A DNA stretch of 64,000 bases from Blastocystis sp. Blastoise (GCA_039096225.1 JBBPEB010000014.1:2046001-2110000); one strand, 5' to 3'; positions 1 to 20,349 are shown, counted from the stretch's first letter. Notes: a model not told the origin generated them from the sequence alone. Program-made: numbers and translations.

Positions 1-562
1 TTTTATATTTTGAAAAGAGATAGAATCACATAAATGTGTTGATAAAATATTTTTATACATTTCTTACATCCTTTATTTCCTTGTATTTGACTTGTGTCCC
101 CAGTAGTAATAAAAATATGCTCATATTTTGTATCGAATAGAAACATTTTGTATATTTCAAAAATTATTCATTTAATACTTCTGATTGAATTTCAAGAGTT
201 AGTTTTCTGACCATTTTGTTTCCTATGTGTTTGTTTTAACAAATATATTACTGAAATTGATTGATAGTACTGTGATTATCAATTCAAGTGAAATATTAAT
301 AAATAGAATTAAACCAATAGAAACACTATTAATTGAAACAAACAATATAAGGGTATATATATTTTGATTTGCTCGTATTCTAAGAAAAGTTATAGGTAAT
401 AGAAAAGAAAGTTGAGATATATTAATCATGTTATGACCTATTTATCAGTTTCTCGAGCTATGTCTATTGTCAACCATTATCAAAAATAAAAATTCATGAA
501 TTCAGAGTGTAAATCATTATTCTACATTTGTTTTCATTTGATTTCATCAAGAGGTTTGTGTG

Positions 563-1369
563 ATGTTTTCTTTACAGATTTTCATTGTTTTTGTTACGGT
601 TACAATTGATGTTTTTGGGATATCTCTTGTGATGGCAGTAATTCCTTTTTTTTCTGAGCAGGTTGGAGGTACTGGATTTGAGATGGGAATGTTCTTTACA
701 TCATATGCAATAACTCAAATGATAAGTAAGGATATATTTGCTTTTTTTGTGATTGTGTATTGCGTTAGGTGTATATTTAATGGGATCTTGGTCAGATAAG
801 TATGGTAGAAAGTTGTTTTTGATGTTATCATTATTTGGATCATTTACAGGTCCTTTATTACAATCTTTTTCAACATCTATGCTTATGATGAATATATTCA
901 GAGCTTATACTGGATTATTAGCTGGAAGTATGACTTTAGGTCAAGCAGTGATTGCTGATTTATATCCTCCTGAAAAACGTGGAAGTTTATTTAGTTTCTT
1001 ACTTGGAATTGCTTCATCTGCATTTATTATTGGACCAGCTATTGGTGGAGCCTTAGGAGCTATAAAGATTCAAATGCCATTGTATTTTTATAGTTTATTT
1101 GTTTTATGTTATGAAATATATTATAGTTGGATATCTGGTGGTTGTGCTGGAATTATGTTTGCAATTGCTTTATGCTATTTGAAAGAATCAAATGTGATTG
1201 TAATAAAAAAGAATGATTTGAAATCGAGACGTCAAAAACTACTTAAGAAAACAGCATTATGTATATATATATATGTAGTGACATTATGAGTTTATTGCCT
1301 CTATAGCTGATGAGGAGACAAAGGAGGTTGATATAATTACTGAAGAATTGAATAAGATGAATTCAAAAA

Positions 1370-1453
<84 letters not shown>

Positions 1454-2332
1454 ATAAGCAATATATTTCATTATATGTATATCTATAGAGACAAAGAAAG
1501 AGGAGGAGAATATTCAACTTCATTGGAATAAGTTTATGGTAAGCTATATTCTATTTATAACAATAGTTTTGATATTCTTATTACATATAGATATTGTGGC
1601 TTATCATCCGTTTCCTGAATGAATGTGTTTCGGTTATTATTTCTAGCTAGTATTTCATGTTCTAATGTTATATATATATATATATATATATAGTTATGGT
1701 CTCTACATGATATCCGCGATTAATGCCACATCTCTACATTATAGGTATATATATATATATTGATACTATCTATTGTATATAGTATATACCTCTGCTGTAC
1801 AGGAACAGCAGCTGTCATTGTTCAAATTATTATATTCCCGTGGTTAAAGGACAAACTACATATAAGTGTGGGTATATATGTATATATAATGTAGTATAGT
1901 GATTCATTATATTTCTATTCTTTTTTCTTCTCTAGTTTATATCGCACTAATTGGGGCTATTATCATGTGTATATTCAATTATATATATTATTATATAGAT
2001 TTAATTAGATATTATATATATAATTATATATATTTAATTATAAATATAATTATAACTATATTATAAGTATAATTATAACTATATTATATATATAATTATA
2101 GTTGGAGGGACTATGTTCATGACATTCGTGCTATCCCCGTGGTTAGCTATCGTCGCTGGATTCATTACGTTCTTCGGATATGCGTTCATTAGTCCTATTG
2201 CAGTCCTTGTCTTGTCTGTATATATATAATAACAATTCTAGCTATTCATATATGCTCTACATTATTTACTATATACAATATTCTTTATAGGTCCAAGCTC
2301 CTCCTGAGTGCCAAGGAAAAGCACTTTCTGTG

Positions 2333-2385
<53 letters not shown>

Positions 2386-3120
2386 GAAGACTACTCACTA
2401 GAATTATTTCTCTCTATTTATTCAATATACTTTAAACAGAATTCTTATTTCTATTCTATAGCTACTGTGGTATCTCAAGCTGTATATATTATTATTCCTC
2501 TTCTTTATGGTTCCTTCTACGATTTCTCTCCCTTCTGGACTATTTCATCCACTATTGCCTTTGGTAATTATATCTCATTACTCATTATATTTATCCTTTA
2601 CATACTCATATCATACCTATATAGCTGGAGTACTAATTATACTTGTTCTCTTCTTATGGTGTATTCCTGGAAGCTTAACATGTGCCGATAGTAAAGAAAC
2701 AAACAGTATTTTATATATATATATATTATAGTTCATTCTATATATTATGTATATCTCTATACATTACTTCATATATATATTACAATATATTGTATATCAT
2801 TATATATATCACAATATATGTTATTTATATTATTATATATATCACTATATATAGATTCACATGAAGAGAATCTTTCTTCGTCTTCTGATGCTTTGAAGGA
2901 ACAGAAAGATATAATAACAGCAGAAACGAAAAGTCCCTCTGTAGAAGTAGATATCAATAATACTGGAACTAAACTGATGGAATCAAATACGATAAATATC
3001 GTACCTCCTTCAGAGCAAGTAGATATCCATGTTCCAGAAACAGAACAATCTATATTTATTCATGATGATGAACAGAAGAACACTGGTGTTAATAAACAAA
3101 TAATAGTTTCACCAATTTAA
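563..3120 (+). CDS. MFS transporter (TetA/DHA1-like), multi-exon
   Basis: Hydrophobic helices; motif A-like GSWSDKYGRK; IIGPAIGG antiporter-type motif; GT-AG exons join in frame to TAA at 3118-3120. Start ATG 563 uncertain. Confidence 0.88.
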
Positions 3121-3734
3121 TTATATTACTTCTTTTGTTGTTCATCTCTATCTCTATATGTATATTGATATATTATTTGTTGATCTTCATGTGAATCGAT
3201 ATGTGTTTTCTTTCAATACATTTATAATTATTATAAGTGTTTATTTCAAGTTATTTATTTTACAAAAATACATCCTATATAAATATATTTTTATTGTCTA
3301 AACATGAAAAGTATATATTGAATTAATGTATAATATATTCAGTGATAAATAATAGTATAAGTTGTGCATAAGAATATAAATTACATAACAGCGTAACATT
3401 TTATTATGATTATTTATTTGATTTACTGTTTTCATTATTTAATGTATTCAATTGATTTATAAATTAAAACGATAAGTTAAATATGAGTATAAAGTTGTTT
3501 TCTTGGTGTCATATAATGATATAGTCTTCTTCAGATGATGATATTGAATCTTCATATAAAAACTTATTGATACGAATTAACAAATGATAAGAAACGACAT
3601 GAAATTCTACACAGAGATTATAACAGTTATAAACAATAATAATAAGAAGAAATGAACTGATAATTTGCAATAAAAGCAATATAATACGTATAGTATAAGT
3701 ATATATATAAATATAAAAGAGAATAAGTAAAGAA

Positions 3735-5033
3735 TTAGTCTTTGTCAAGTCGTATATTATTATCCCTAGATATGGCTTGTTTCAGAGGTGTATATAACGT
3801 CGTTGTGATCGTATAGAATTGACAACTTGTGAAATAAGCGATGCAAGCTCCAATAATATATCCCGCAATAAGATCTGAGGAGGAATTCATATTACTTGAC
3901 TATATATATAAGATTATATAAGATAATTCCATATGAACAAAGGGAATGAATACATATATAGTATATATATGTGTATATATACAACAAGAAATGTAGAAGT
4001 CATCATCGGAATAAGTAGGAGAAACACATATAACGAGAAACAAAATACCTATAGAGAATAAATAGAATAAATAGAATAAATAGAATAAATAGAATAAATA
4101 GAATAAATAGAATAAATAGAATAAATAGAATAAATAGAATAAATAGAATAAATAGAATAAATGGAATAATAAGATGATGAAGTTCCGGAGGAGATATACT
4201 TTGACTAAATATTTATTACTTGTTTCAAAGAGAACTGAGAATTTAAAAAGAAGGAGAAGACTTAAGGTAGCGCCTGAAACACTTAAAGCAGCGTAGAAGG
4301 AGGGAAAAGAGCGAAACGCGTCACGAATGAATGAAATCTGAAATGATAAGAATAAAAACAATATTATAAAAAGAGAAATAATAAGATGGATATACATAAT
4401 TATAAGAATAACAAAAATGAAAAGGACTTTATAAATATGTATATATACATCTGCGTCACATTTATCAATAGTAGCCGTTCTGCCAAATACTCCGTAGAGC
4501 CAACCGGTTTCATGCTTGATCTGAGAATATCTATATAGGTATTATACAGACAAGATCAAATGAATATACTTGCATAGAGAAAAGACACAGGGACGAGGTC
4601 GACCAAAAACATTTTGAAGGATATTACAAACTAATTTTACCAAAAATAAATTCTTAAGGCTTAATACACATGTAATTTGAGAATACTATATATAATATAT
4701 ATTGTTGAATAGAATAAAATGATATTCATACCATCATACGTGAATTTGAATCAAAAATGAAAACCAATATACAACAAACCAGTAATGGGAGAAAATAAAC
4801 TCCATAATACCACCACTCACTAATTAAGATATTAATAATGAATAAATATTTAGATACAACGTATTGCCTGTATAGGGATGGGAAAGCGAAGGATCTCCTT
4901 CAATAAATTCTTGATAATTTGGATCAAACAAGTTCGGAATGAACGAAAAAATAAAGAACAAGGCGGTAATTATGTACTCATATATGAAATTACACAAAAT
5001 ATTATGAGCTAATGGTTTTGGAATATTCCTCAT
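3735..5033 (-). CDS. PAP2 / lipid phosphate phosphatase-like membrane protein, catalytic motifs degenerate
   Basis: Spliced product contains GDPSLSHPY, QNVFGRPRP, DAFRSFPSFY and MNSSSDLIAGYIIG in the order of PAP2 motifs C1-C3. Confidence 0.8.
4052..4160. repeat. Intronic 9-bp tandem repeat (TAGAATAAA)n
   Basis: About 12 direct copies inside a PAP2 intron. Confidence 0.95.
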
Positions 5034-6127
5034 GCTTTGAAGTTTATAGTATTTATGTTTTAATGATCAATAACTTGATATAAATTGAATCAATAAATGA
5101 AATACAAAATGAGTTGAACTGAAATATTCTGAAAAATTAAAGAATGAGGATTTCTAAACAATGTGAAAAGCTTCTTTTATTCGCTTTTTTTAAATAAAAT
5201 ATAATTTTTAAATGTATTCTCTGTTGAGAAATTGATGACAAAGACATTCTAAGAGTTGAATTTTTCAAAAAATGGTGATCTCACATGTAATTATTATTAT
5301 ATGGATATTAATGAAGATATAGATCGTGGTATAAAACAACGAAAAATCAAAAACATTCAAAAAACAATATTAGAACAAATAAATATTAATGATTGATGAA
5401 ATATGTTAAGTTTCACTCTAATGTTCATGTTATTATATTAAATATATGATATACTATGGAGAATCAGTACGATTGAAGATCGTTTATTGAGTTAAAAAAA
5501 AACAAAGAAAGAACTGTTTATCATTATTTTCTGGTATATCACTGATAAGGAGAAGTAGTTATATTCTATTTCTTCAAAGTGATTAATAAGATATATATAT
5601 AGGACTCTGATGATCTAATATATATATTTTAAACACTGAAAGGTTTTTTTTATGACTCAAATGTTCTCTCAAATGCTATATATAATCTGTCCTATGGTCC
5701 TGGTCATTGCTTTTTGAGAAAGACTAGTTTATTATTTTTATGATAAATATATTTTAGGTAATTCATACTTTAGTTACTAAAAAAATGAAAATAGCTAACA
5801 TTTGTTATGTAATATATAATAAGGTATTATCAGTTATTCTATATATGTATTATTATTCCTAATGACTCAGAATTTATGTTTTAAAAATGGTGTTAAATAA
5901 AAATTAAAAAAAAAATAAAAAAAATGATGAATAGTGAGGTTGTATTCATATATAACGAAACGAATTAGATAAATATTGGTACATTTTCAATCAAAATGAG
6001 AAAAAAAAATAATACATACTACACTAGTCTATTTAATTAATAAAAGAGAAAATCAATAAATATAAATATAAATGTAAAGGAATTGAAAAACACTGATGGT
6101 ACCTCTTACATTATATAGTAATGCATC

Positions 6128-10755
<4,628 letters not shown>

Positions 10756-11426
10756 GTTTTGATGATTCTATATAGAAAAGATCTATTTGATGAGAATTTG
10801 AAAGATAATACTTTGGAATAAGAATAATAATACACAAGGAAAAATAAAGATATAAATGAGGAAAACAAATTGTTTACACGAAAAAAATCATAATTGTTGG
10901 GCAATTACCCTTATATTCATGGAACTATTTCTATTTAATCATACTTTTAGATTGTATTCTTGTGGAAAAATCTTGCTTTTAAATAGTTAATAATTACTTG
11001 TTTGCTGTCTATTTTAATGCATTTTTAGTTAAGTGTGTCAATGGATTTGATATAGAAATTAAAATAAGGATATATATAAGTTGATTGAGAAATTTAGATA
11101 CTTTTATCAAGGAATACTTCTATTTTCATTTGAAAAATAATTAGTAAAAAGGAGGGTGACTAGTTATAGTGAATACGAATAAAGAATTCATAGATAATTA
11201 ATGATTGTGAGAATTCTTGTTGAATGATTGATATAGAATCAAATCGAAATGTTGAAATAACGTGACAATGACTATTCAATATAGTAAACGAATCACAACA
11301 AAAAAGAAAAAATAGTTGCTAATAAAATAAAGAAAAGCCAAATTATTGTTTATATGACGCGATATATATATATATATATAATAGGATAATAACAGTTAAA
11401 TATAGTTATAAAACAGATGTTTGAAT

Positions 11427-11851
11427 CTAGTTATTTGCCTTGTCCATTTCGAGTATGATTCGTCCCCAGGCTCCTCCTTTGTGTTGTATAACATCTTCAT
11501 GAGCAAGAGGAGCATCTTCTAAGGAATAGACATGACCAACAATGGGCTTTAAGATATCATTAGAGAGAAGATGGAACACATCTCCAGCCATACGTGCCTT
11601 TGTTTCTGGCTATATAAAAATAGACTTAATATTATATAGAATATAGGTTGAAATGCGATGATGATGATAATGATGATGATAATGATGGTGATATATGTAT
11701 GTATAAATATATATATATATATATGATACATTTGCATTGAAAAGCATGATTCCATAGATTTGTCCATCAGCCACCATTAAATCGCGGGGATTCATCGTTA
11801 CTTCTCCACGATTCCCTATAATAGCCACCTTCCCTCCTTTTCCTAAAATCT

Positions 11852-11915
<64 letters not shown>

Positions 11916-11983
11916 ACTATGGTATATGGGTATTATAATATACATATGACTAATAGTAATAATAATGACAGGTATAATGATAG

Positions 11984-12022
<39 letters not shown>

Positions 12023-12132
12023 GAGATCTGATGATAAATTCTTATTCGCCAGCATTTCAAAAATATGTGTTGGTCCAGATTTAGTAATTGTTTTAACTTT
12101 ATCCATATATCCTTCTTCATTATGGAATACTA

Positions 12133-12179
<47 letters not shown>

Positions 12180-12398
12180 TTGATTAGCACCTAATTTTAG
12201 TAGTTTGTCAACATTATCTGGATTACCTATATATATATATATATACTTTATTATAATAAAAGTAAGATATATTAATTATGAATATAAAGAATGTAACATG
12301 TGTATAATATAGGCTAATAATATACAGAGTATAATCAATAATAGATAATATATAGTATACAATATATATTCAATAGAAATAATAGAAATATAGAGAAT

Positions 12399-12434
<36 letters not shown>

Positions 12435-12568
12435 TCGTAGAAGTCACAACTTTACATTTATGATGATAACATATTTGAATAAGAGCTGTACCGACACCGC
12501 CAGTTCCCCCGTGAATAAACACCCATTCTCCAGGCTGAGGATTCAAACGCAAATATGCACTATGAATA

Positions 12569-12645
<77 letters not shown>

Positions 12646-13096
12646 AGTAAGCAGTGAAATAGGAAGTGCCGATAGCAGCTGCCTCTCGCATTGTAATATT
12701 AGAGGGAATGTGATATAATTGATCTTCAGTAAAGAGACCTTCCTCTGCATATGTTCCAGTAACACTACCAACTGAACAAACACGATCTCCAACTTGAAAT
12801 TGTTTAACTCCTTCACCAACTTCTGCCACAATACCTGCACAATCAAGTCCAGGAGTATAAGGACATGGCTTTGAAGCTGAATGCCAACCCTCTCTCATAT
12901 ATGTATCTACAGGATTAACACCTGCAGTAGCAATCTTTAATCGAATCTTTATATAATAGAATGATATAATCAATTTATTGTGATTTCAGCCAAAAAATAT
13001 TAATACTTGACCATTCTTAGGAATAAGTTTTGGTAATTCGCACACCTTCATTACATCAGGACCTCCATATTTTAATACTCTAATGGCCTTATACAT
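11427..13096 (-). CDS. CRYZ: NADPH:quinone oxidoreductase (zeta-crystallin-like MDR)
   Basis: YGGPDVMK, AGVNPVDTYMREG, PYTPGLDCAG, IHGGTGGVG, EMLANKNL, IGNRGEVTMNPRDLM. Confidence 0.93.
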
Positions 13097-13682
13097 GTTT
13101 ACACAAATAATAAATCAAATAAAATAATATCAAGTAAATATATACGAAGAAAATACAAAAAGATTCATAAAAGTTCTCTGTTTCGCTTTTGCTGTCAATA
13201 CTTTTTCATTATTTAGTTATTTAGTATTTACTTTTTCATTTATGACCCACCAGATTCTTTAACTGACTCTTCTATTAATAATAAATTCAATTCAAATCAT
13301 TTCTTTTTCCATTATGAAAGGAAATGAATAGAAAAAAGATTTTTTTTCTATATGGTATAAAATAAAGCTATTAACCTAAGTCTTAGACTTATGAGGCCAG
13401 AATAGGATGAATGCCAAAAAGTTTTTTCTAATTTTTATTTTAAAATGATGATATGAGATATAAAATCATTGTATGAACAATACAAATAAACGTAATTGTG
13501 GTAAAAGGACTAATTGATTTCCTGAGTGAATCACTTATATTAGAGATGAAGTGAATATAGATGGAAGAGACATACAACTGGCTTCAAAATAGCTTTTTAT
13601 ACTAATTTATCTTTAGTAATTTATGTTTTAAAGAGTAATAAGATTTTTTCTATCAATTTTTTAAATATTCTTTCATCTTGCC

Positions 13683-15640
13683 ATGGATTTACTTTTATTA
13701 GGTATTTTACCATATAATATATATTATAGTAGTTATTGTTTTTAGAACCCTCTGATTTTTTATATCCAAATACAAAAATAACTGAATTGAAATTAGTTGG
13801 AAAGACTTTTATGACAACATGTGATTACAGTTATGATGGAGAATACCTAGCGACTGGAACTTCTTCAGGAAATATAGTTATTTGGGATTTATTATCTTAT
13901 AATAAGTTATGCAGTTATTTTGATGATCCAGCTTCCATTGTTTTAACGTCGTATGTAGTCTATATGATATTTGATATTTAATTTATATATATTTATGTTG
14001 AATGGAAATTTATTTTTTTTCATGTAGACATTTCTGTATTTTTCACGTTATTATTTGATTTATTTAGATGGTCCAAGGATAATAAATACTTGATATCAGT
14101 TAATGAGGAGAATACATTGGTATTATGGGATAATATGAGTGGCAAGAAAATACAATGTATTCGATTACCTGCGTTTCCCTATAATATAAACCAGATTGAA
14201 AGTGATGAGTAAGTATAGTTATATATTTGAAATAATAAATATAAATTCATGAATTTAATTGTTTCTTTAGACTCCTGTTTGGAATATTCTATAAAAGTCA
14301 TCATTCAGATATTTATACAATAAGAACAAATTCATTGCGCACTGTACAAACATCAAAGTCATCTGAAGTATTTATATATTATATACTATTATATTATATA
14401 TTATTATATTATTATATTATATTATATATTATTATATTATATACTATTCTATTAATAATATTCCTGTTAATACTATTTCTTCATGTATTTATAGAAACAA
14501 AAAACATTTGGAGGTTGTTATTTTCCCTCTTTGTCGACTCTGTCCTCCAATAGGAATGATTCCTTATCAGGAATGGAACATGCGCATTCTGGATATATAC
14601 TAGAGCTCTGTATGAATAATATGGATTGTATTGATGTAGATACATGTGAAGTGATATCATCTGTAAAGCTTTCATACTCTGACATACAATACGTCACTTC
14701 TTCGTCTATTCACAGTCTGTTCATTTATCACCGTACAGGGGGAGCTACACTGTATGAAGTATCATTCAATCCATTCAAACTCTCATTTCAAGAAGATTAT
14801 AAAGATACTGTATATATATAAACTTATGTTTATCTGATTCATCTTTTCTAAACGTTAAATATATATATTCATAATATATATAATGAAATTATTGACATAT
14901 ATATCTTTTATATAATATAGTATATTATCTATACATATTAAATTCTTATTCTTTTTCTTCATGAATATCTATCTCTAGTTGTCTCGTGAACCATTTTATA
15001 ATATCCAATTGTGCTTTAATGATCAATACATACTTGCCTGTATTTATATAATCTATAATCTATAATCTATAATCTATAATCTATAATCTATAATCTATAA
15101 TCTATAATCTATAATCTATAAAATTAAGTATAATTATATAATATTCTAGGCACTTCAAAAGAGATTCATATTTCTGAATTTGGAGGGCAATATATTACAT
15201 CTATTTCTATATTATCAAAATCTATATCTGTATCAATTATAAATCTTTCTCTATTTATATTATAATCTATACTATCTTGAATAATTAATTATTATTATAT
15301 TATTATAAAGTGTCATCCAACTCGTTCATTTCTCAGTATATTGACCTCAAAAGGGACGTTATGTATATATGCACGTGTTCAGCAATATGAGAGAGGGTAT
15401 ATTCCGACGTTATTCCCAATTATCGATGAGAATTATGAATATGAAGAACACGAAAATGAATTTGATAGTGACTTTCCTGATACTCAGAAAGATAATCAAA
15501 TATATATATTTAAAGAAGATGATATTGATATATCAAAACAAGTGTTAACGTGTTCTCCATCTTCTTCTCTTCCTTCCTCTATAACAATGGATGCCAATAG
15601 GTTTATATATTCTATATTAACATCAACACATGACTCTTAA
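13683..15640 (+). CDS. RBBP5: RBBP5/Swd1 WD40 subunit of the COMPASS H3K4 methyltransferase complex
   Basis: N-terminus MDLLLLEP; WD repeats (YSYDGEYLATGTSSGNIVIWD; WSKDNKYLIS); acidic ENYEYEEHENEFD resembling RBBP5 NVEYEERESEFD. Confidence 0.82.
15047..15120. repeat. Intronic 7-bp tandem repeat (TATAATC)n
   Basis: About 10 perfect copies in an RBBP5 intron. Confidence 0.95.
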
Positions 15641-17464
15641 AGGGGAACATTATTCATTTATACTAAAAACATATATATCAGATGTAGTTATTATGGGGTT
15701 ATTTTATTTATATGAATATTATTGAGTTTTGTTTATTTAGAATAATAGAATACAAGTTTTATGGATACATCTATATGTTATCTATATTTAAAAATAGACT
15801 AAAATAATATTGAATAGAAATCAATAACATATTTGAATTTTTATATTTTTTTTTGATTATGAATATATACATTTTATAAGAAATCCTACGAAATAAAAGA
15901 AATCATTCTAAAATGAAATATATATAAGTATATATTCATATAGAATAACAGCGTCATTTGTATATTTATATAAATAGCATGGACAATGTAACAAATTTTT
16001 TTCATTTAATGACATAAATCTATATAGAAACTATAATAGATAGAGAATCCATAATCAGAAGTATTCCATTATATTCATATATATACATCAATCTAATAAA
16101 TATCATCATATTCTTCATTTTATAAGATATTCATTTGATAAACTAGATCATTAGTAATATTCATAATGAGATTATCATATTTCTTTAAATTAAGTATATA
16201 CTTGTATAATGGATTTGCTTATATAACTATTTATTATATTATTTCTTAAAATAAATAAATAAATATTATATTTTTAGATATACATCGTGTTTCAAAGACA
16301 GTCTTTCGTTATTGAAAATATATATGAAATTATCTAAATAATTAATAAAGAAAACTTCATACTCAATAAAATATTCAAAATATCCTACAATTTATTCTTT
16401 CTTATTTATACATACATGCTTTATACTTCATTAGAAAACATTTATTGATCTATAATATTGGTGTTTGAAATGAATATATTCCAAATGCTTTTATTTGTTT
16501 GATTATAATCATACAAAGTTGTAGTGATATATTGCAAACATTTTTCAATACCATTCTACATTAAGATAAAGAATTAAAACTATGTGATGTCAAAACTTCA
16601 TTGAATAGCAAGCATTAAACATGTGAACAGCTAATTATACCGAAAAGAATTCATAACAAAGTTAAAAAATACATTTACAGTCATTAAAGTTTTGATAATT
16701 CAATATATCGATCAATTTAAAAGAAACTAAATAATTATAATAATAATTAAAGTTCATTTTAAGAAATTTGTAGAAAAAATAAGGGTTGTTTATACTATAT
16801 ATCAGCATGAATCAATTCCATCACACCAGTTTATCTATTAAGCAAAACTAAGAACACTAATTCTAAATGAAATCACTTTTGATGCTATTTTTAGGAACTA
16901 AATAGTAAAAAAAATATCATTTGAGTATTCTAAGCTAGTAGATTCAACATATACAAATAGAATATCAAGATATAATGAATAAGAACACTTGATTCATTTT
17001 GTTTTCAAGAAATTATGAATAAAAAAATAACCGCGAAAAAGTCGTCATGATTAGCATAAAAATATATATAATCGATAAACTTGAAAGATCACAATAATGA
17101 TATAAATTCCCTCGTTAGAGTAAATGATTATGCAAATTAGGGAAACCCATATAATTATACAGAATGAAATTGATGCGATTCTGTATAAAAAAATCTAGAG
17201 GAGAAAGGTTTCTCTCTTTTTGAAGAGAGGTTTCTCAATACAAATTTCTTAATTAAAATTAACAATTTTGGTTCTCTTTTTGAAGATGAGATCTTCCAAT
17301 CATCTTAGAAATATCTCTTTTTTTTCATTATTCTATTGGTCTATTCTGGAGAAGATGCAAAGGAACCGCTATATGCTTTTTCTATGCTTCTTCAACATCT
17401 AATCTTTTTCAACTTGGTGAAATACCGATATTACTTTTTTTAATTGTCTATAAGTCAATAAAAA

Positions 17465-19188
17465 ATGCTCTCCAAGGCTTCTTTACTTCTTAAAGCTTCC
17501 AGAACCAGCGTTGTATGTATATTGTAAAAGTTATCACACTATTCAAGTTGTTTTAACTATAATTGCACATTTACATTTTTTTTTGTTATTATGATATTCA
17601 TATAGTTTATTCTCTATATTACATAACATTTCATGTATAGGCTCGTTCCTTCGCTAGCACTGTCGATCTCAAAAAACCTTTTGTTGATAGACTTGCTGAA
17701 ACTAGACAACAAGCCGTTCTCGGTGGTGGTCAAAAGAGAATTGATTCTCAACATGCCCGTGGCAAACTTACTGCTCGTGAACGTCTTGACCTTCTTCTTG
17801 ATCAAGGTTCTTTCCGTGAATATGATCAATTAAAGGCTCATCGTTGTACTAATTTTGGTATGGAAAAACAACATTATCCTGGTGATGGTGTTGTTACTGG
17901 TCAAGGTACTATTAATGGTCGTCTTGTCTTTGTTTATGCTCAAGATTTCACTGTTCTTGGTGGTTCTCTTTCTCTTACTCATGCTGAAAAGATCTGTAAG
18001 ATTATGGATAAAGCTATGGATGTCGGTGCTCCCGTTATTGGTCTTAATGACTCCGGCGGTGCTCGTATTCAAGAAGGTTGTGATTCTCTTGCTGGATACT
18101 CTGAAATCTTCAAGAGAAATACTTTAGCTTCTGGTGTTATTCCTCAACTTTCTCTTATTATGGGACCTTGTGCTGGTGGTGCTGTCTATTCTCCTGCTAT
18201 TACTGATTTCATCTTCATGGTCCGTGATACTTCTTATATGTTTATTACTGGTCCTGATGTAGTTAAGACTGTTACTCGTGAAGAAGTTACTCAAGAAGAA
18301 CTTGGTGGTGCTAAAGTACATACTACTAAGTCTGGTGTTGCTCAAGGTGCTTATGATAATGATGTTCAAATGCTTCATGCTATTCGTCAACTTTATGATT
18401 ATATTCCTCTTAATAATAAGGATGGTGTTCCTTCTCGTGTTTGTACTGATCCTCGTACTCGTGCTGATGTTGCTCTTGAACAAATTGTTCCTTCTGATGC
18501 CAAGCTTTCTTATGATATGAAGAAAGTTATTAATATGATCGTTGATGATTATGAATTCTTTGAAACTTCTCCTGATTTCGCTAAGAATATTATTGTTGGT
18601 TTTGCTCGTATGGAAGGTAGTACTGTTGGTGTCGTTGCTAATCAACCTTTAGAAAAAGCTGGTTGTTTAGATATTGATGCTTCCGTTAAGGCTGCTCGTT
18701 TCGTTAGATTCTGTGATGCTTTCAATATTCCTCTTGTTACTTTAGTTGATGTTCCTGGATTCTTACCTGGTGTTAATCAAGAACATAGAGGTATTATCAG
18801 AGAAGGTGCTAAACTTATTTATGCTTATGCTGAAGCTACTGTTCCTAAGGTTACTGTTATTACTCGTAAGAGTTATGGTGGTGCTTATTGTGTCATGAGT
18901 TCTAAACATCTTCGTGGTGATTCTAATTATTCTTGGGCTAATGGTGAAATTGCTGTCATGGGTGCTGAAGGTGCTGTTAAGATTATCTTCCGTGGTAAAG
19001 ATATTGAAAAGAATGTTGCTGAATATTCTTATAACTTTGCTAATCCTCTTATGGCTGCTCAACGTGGTTTCATTGATGATATTATTGATCCCGTTCAAAC
19101 TCGTCAAAGACTCTGTGAAGATTTAGAAATTCTTCGTACTAAGAAGATGACTAATCCTTGGAGAAAACATGGTAATATTCCTCTTTAA
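17465..19188 (+). CDS. PCCB: Propionyl-CoA carboxylase beta chain with organellar presequence; one intron (~17513-17640)
   Basis: [16 protein letters not shown]|ARSFAS presequence; [57 protein letters not shown]. Confidence 0.97.
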
Positions 19189-19539
19189 ACCATATTCTTA
19201 TTGTGTATAACGTAATTCTATTTTCTTTTTTACATTTTAAAGGCAAAAAAAACATTCTCTTATTTTTCTGTTTAGCACAATTTTTTCTTGAATCAATTAT
19301 TTAGATTCTTTCTTTTACGCTCATATATATTTGTATACCATTATTTATTTATTTTTTAATTGCTTTATTATATAACATATATCCTTTTGATAAATTTGCA
19401 TATACTGCTTTTGTGGTTTGCTACTATTTTGTTTTGTTTTTTAAATTTTTATTAATTTATTGAATACAATAAAAAAGAAATTTAACATGCGCATATATAA
19501 ACAAAACTATTTTAAATAACAAAACTGATGATATAATTA

Positions 19540-20283
19540 TCAGTGAATTTGTTTTTCTATTGTGTCTAATATTCTGATCATCTCCTGCTTTGACTATATA
19601 TATATATATATTTATAGATATATATAGTTAATATAATATATACGGCCTCATTCACAAGTTTTGAGCATTTGAACAATAAATTGGAACATTGACTTGTATC
19701 ATAACGATTCATTTGCTGTGGTTTTGCTGTAGTTTGTTTATTTGTATTTATAGTGCTATTGATATTAGCAGTAGTATTATTTGTGTTAATATCATTATTT
19801 GGTTTTTTGAGACCAGTACCAACGGTAGTATTCAATGGATTTATATTATTAGGATTATTAACAGTATTTGAAATGTTATTATTGGTAAGTATCTTATTCT
19901 GAGAAATCAGCTTCGGATCTTGTTTTCCCATGGAAATTTGCATATTGGAATAATTATTATTAAGCACTCGAGGGTTCTGAAGAGACGCTGCTTGCTATAT
20001 ATATATATAGTTTTATATATATTTTTGTTATTAATTCATATTTAGTATAATATATATATATGATATAATATATATGTATATTAATATATATACCAAAGTG
20101 GCCATAAGATTTCGATTATTTGATTGTGGGTTATTGATCTGATAGTTGATTGGCTGATTCTTAATATTCGAGTTTTGATTGGTCATGGGGAATGCCATTT
20201 GTTGTCTGTACACTTGATTGGGATATGATTGTAGAGGGTATTTAGATACACCTTGAGAATTTGGATAATCTATAGAATATATA

Positions 20284-20349
<66 letters not shown>

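Noticed and set aside
1-429. Possible 5' exons of a minus-strand gene leaving the window
   Set aside because: Could not build a stop-free spliced model or recognise a domain.
15641-17200. Long gene-free intervals (also ~23300-25000, 40000-41580, 58000-59390) as ncRNA or mobile-element sites
   Set aside because: No recognisable RNA family, terminal repeats, target-site duplications or transposase/RT coding seen by eye; a covariance-model scan would be needed.
17614-19126. Several antisense and alternate-frame ORFs over PCCB (also over ZIP and GST)
   Set aside because: Expected shadow ORFs from strong T-ending codon bias; no motifs.
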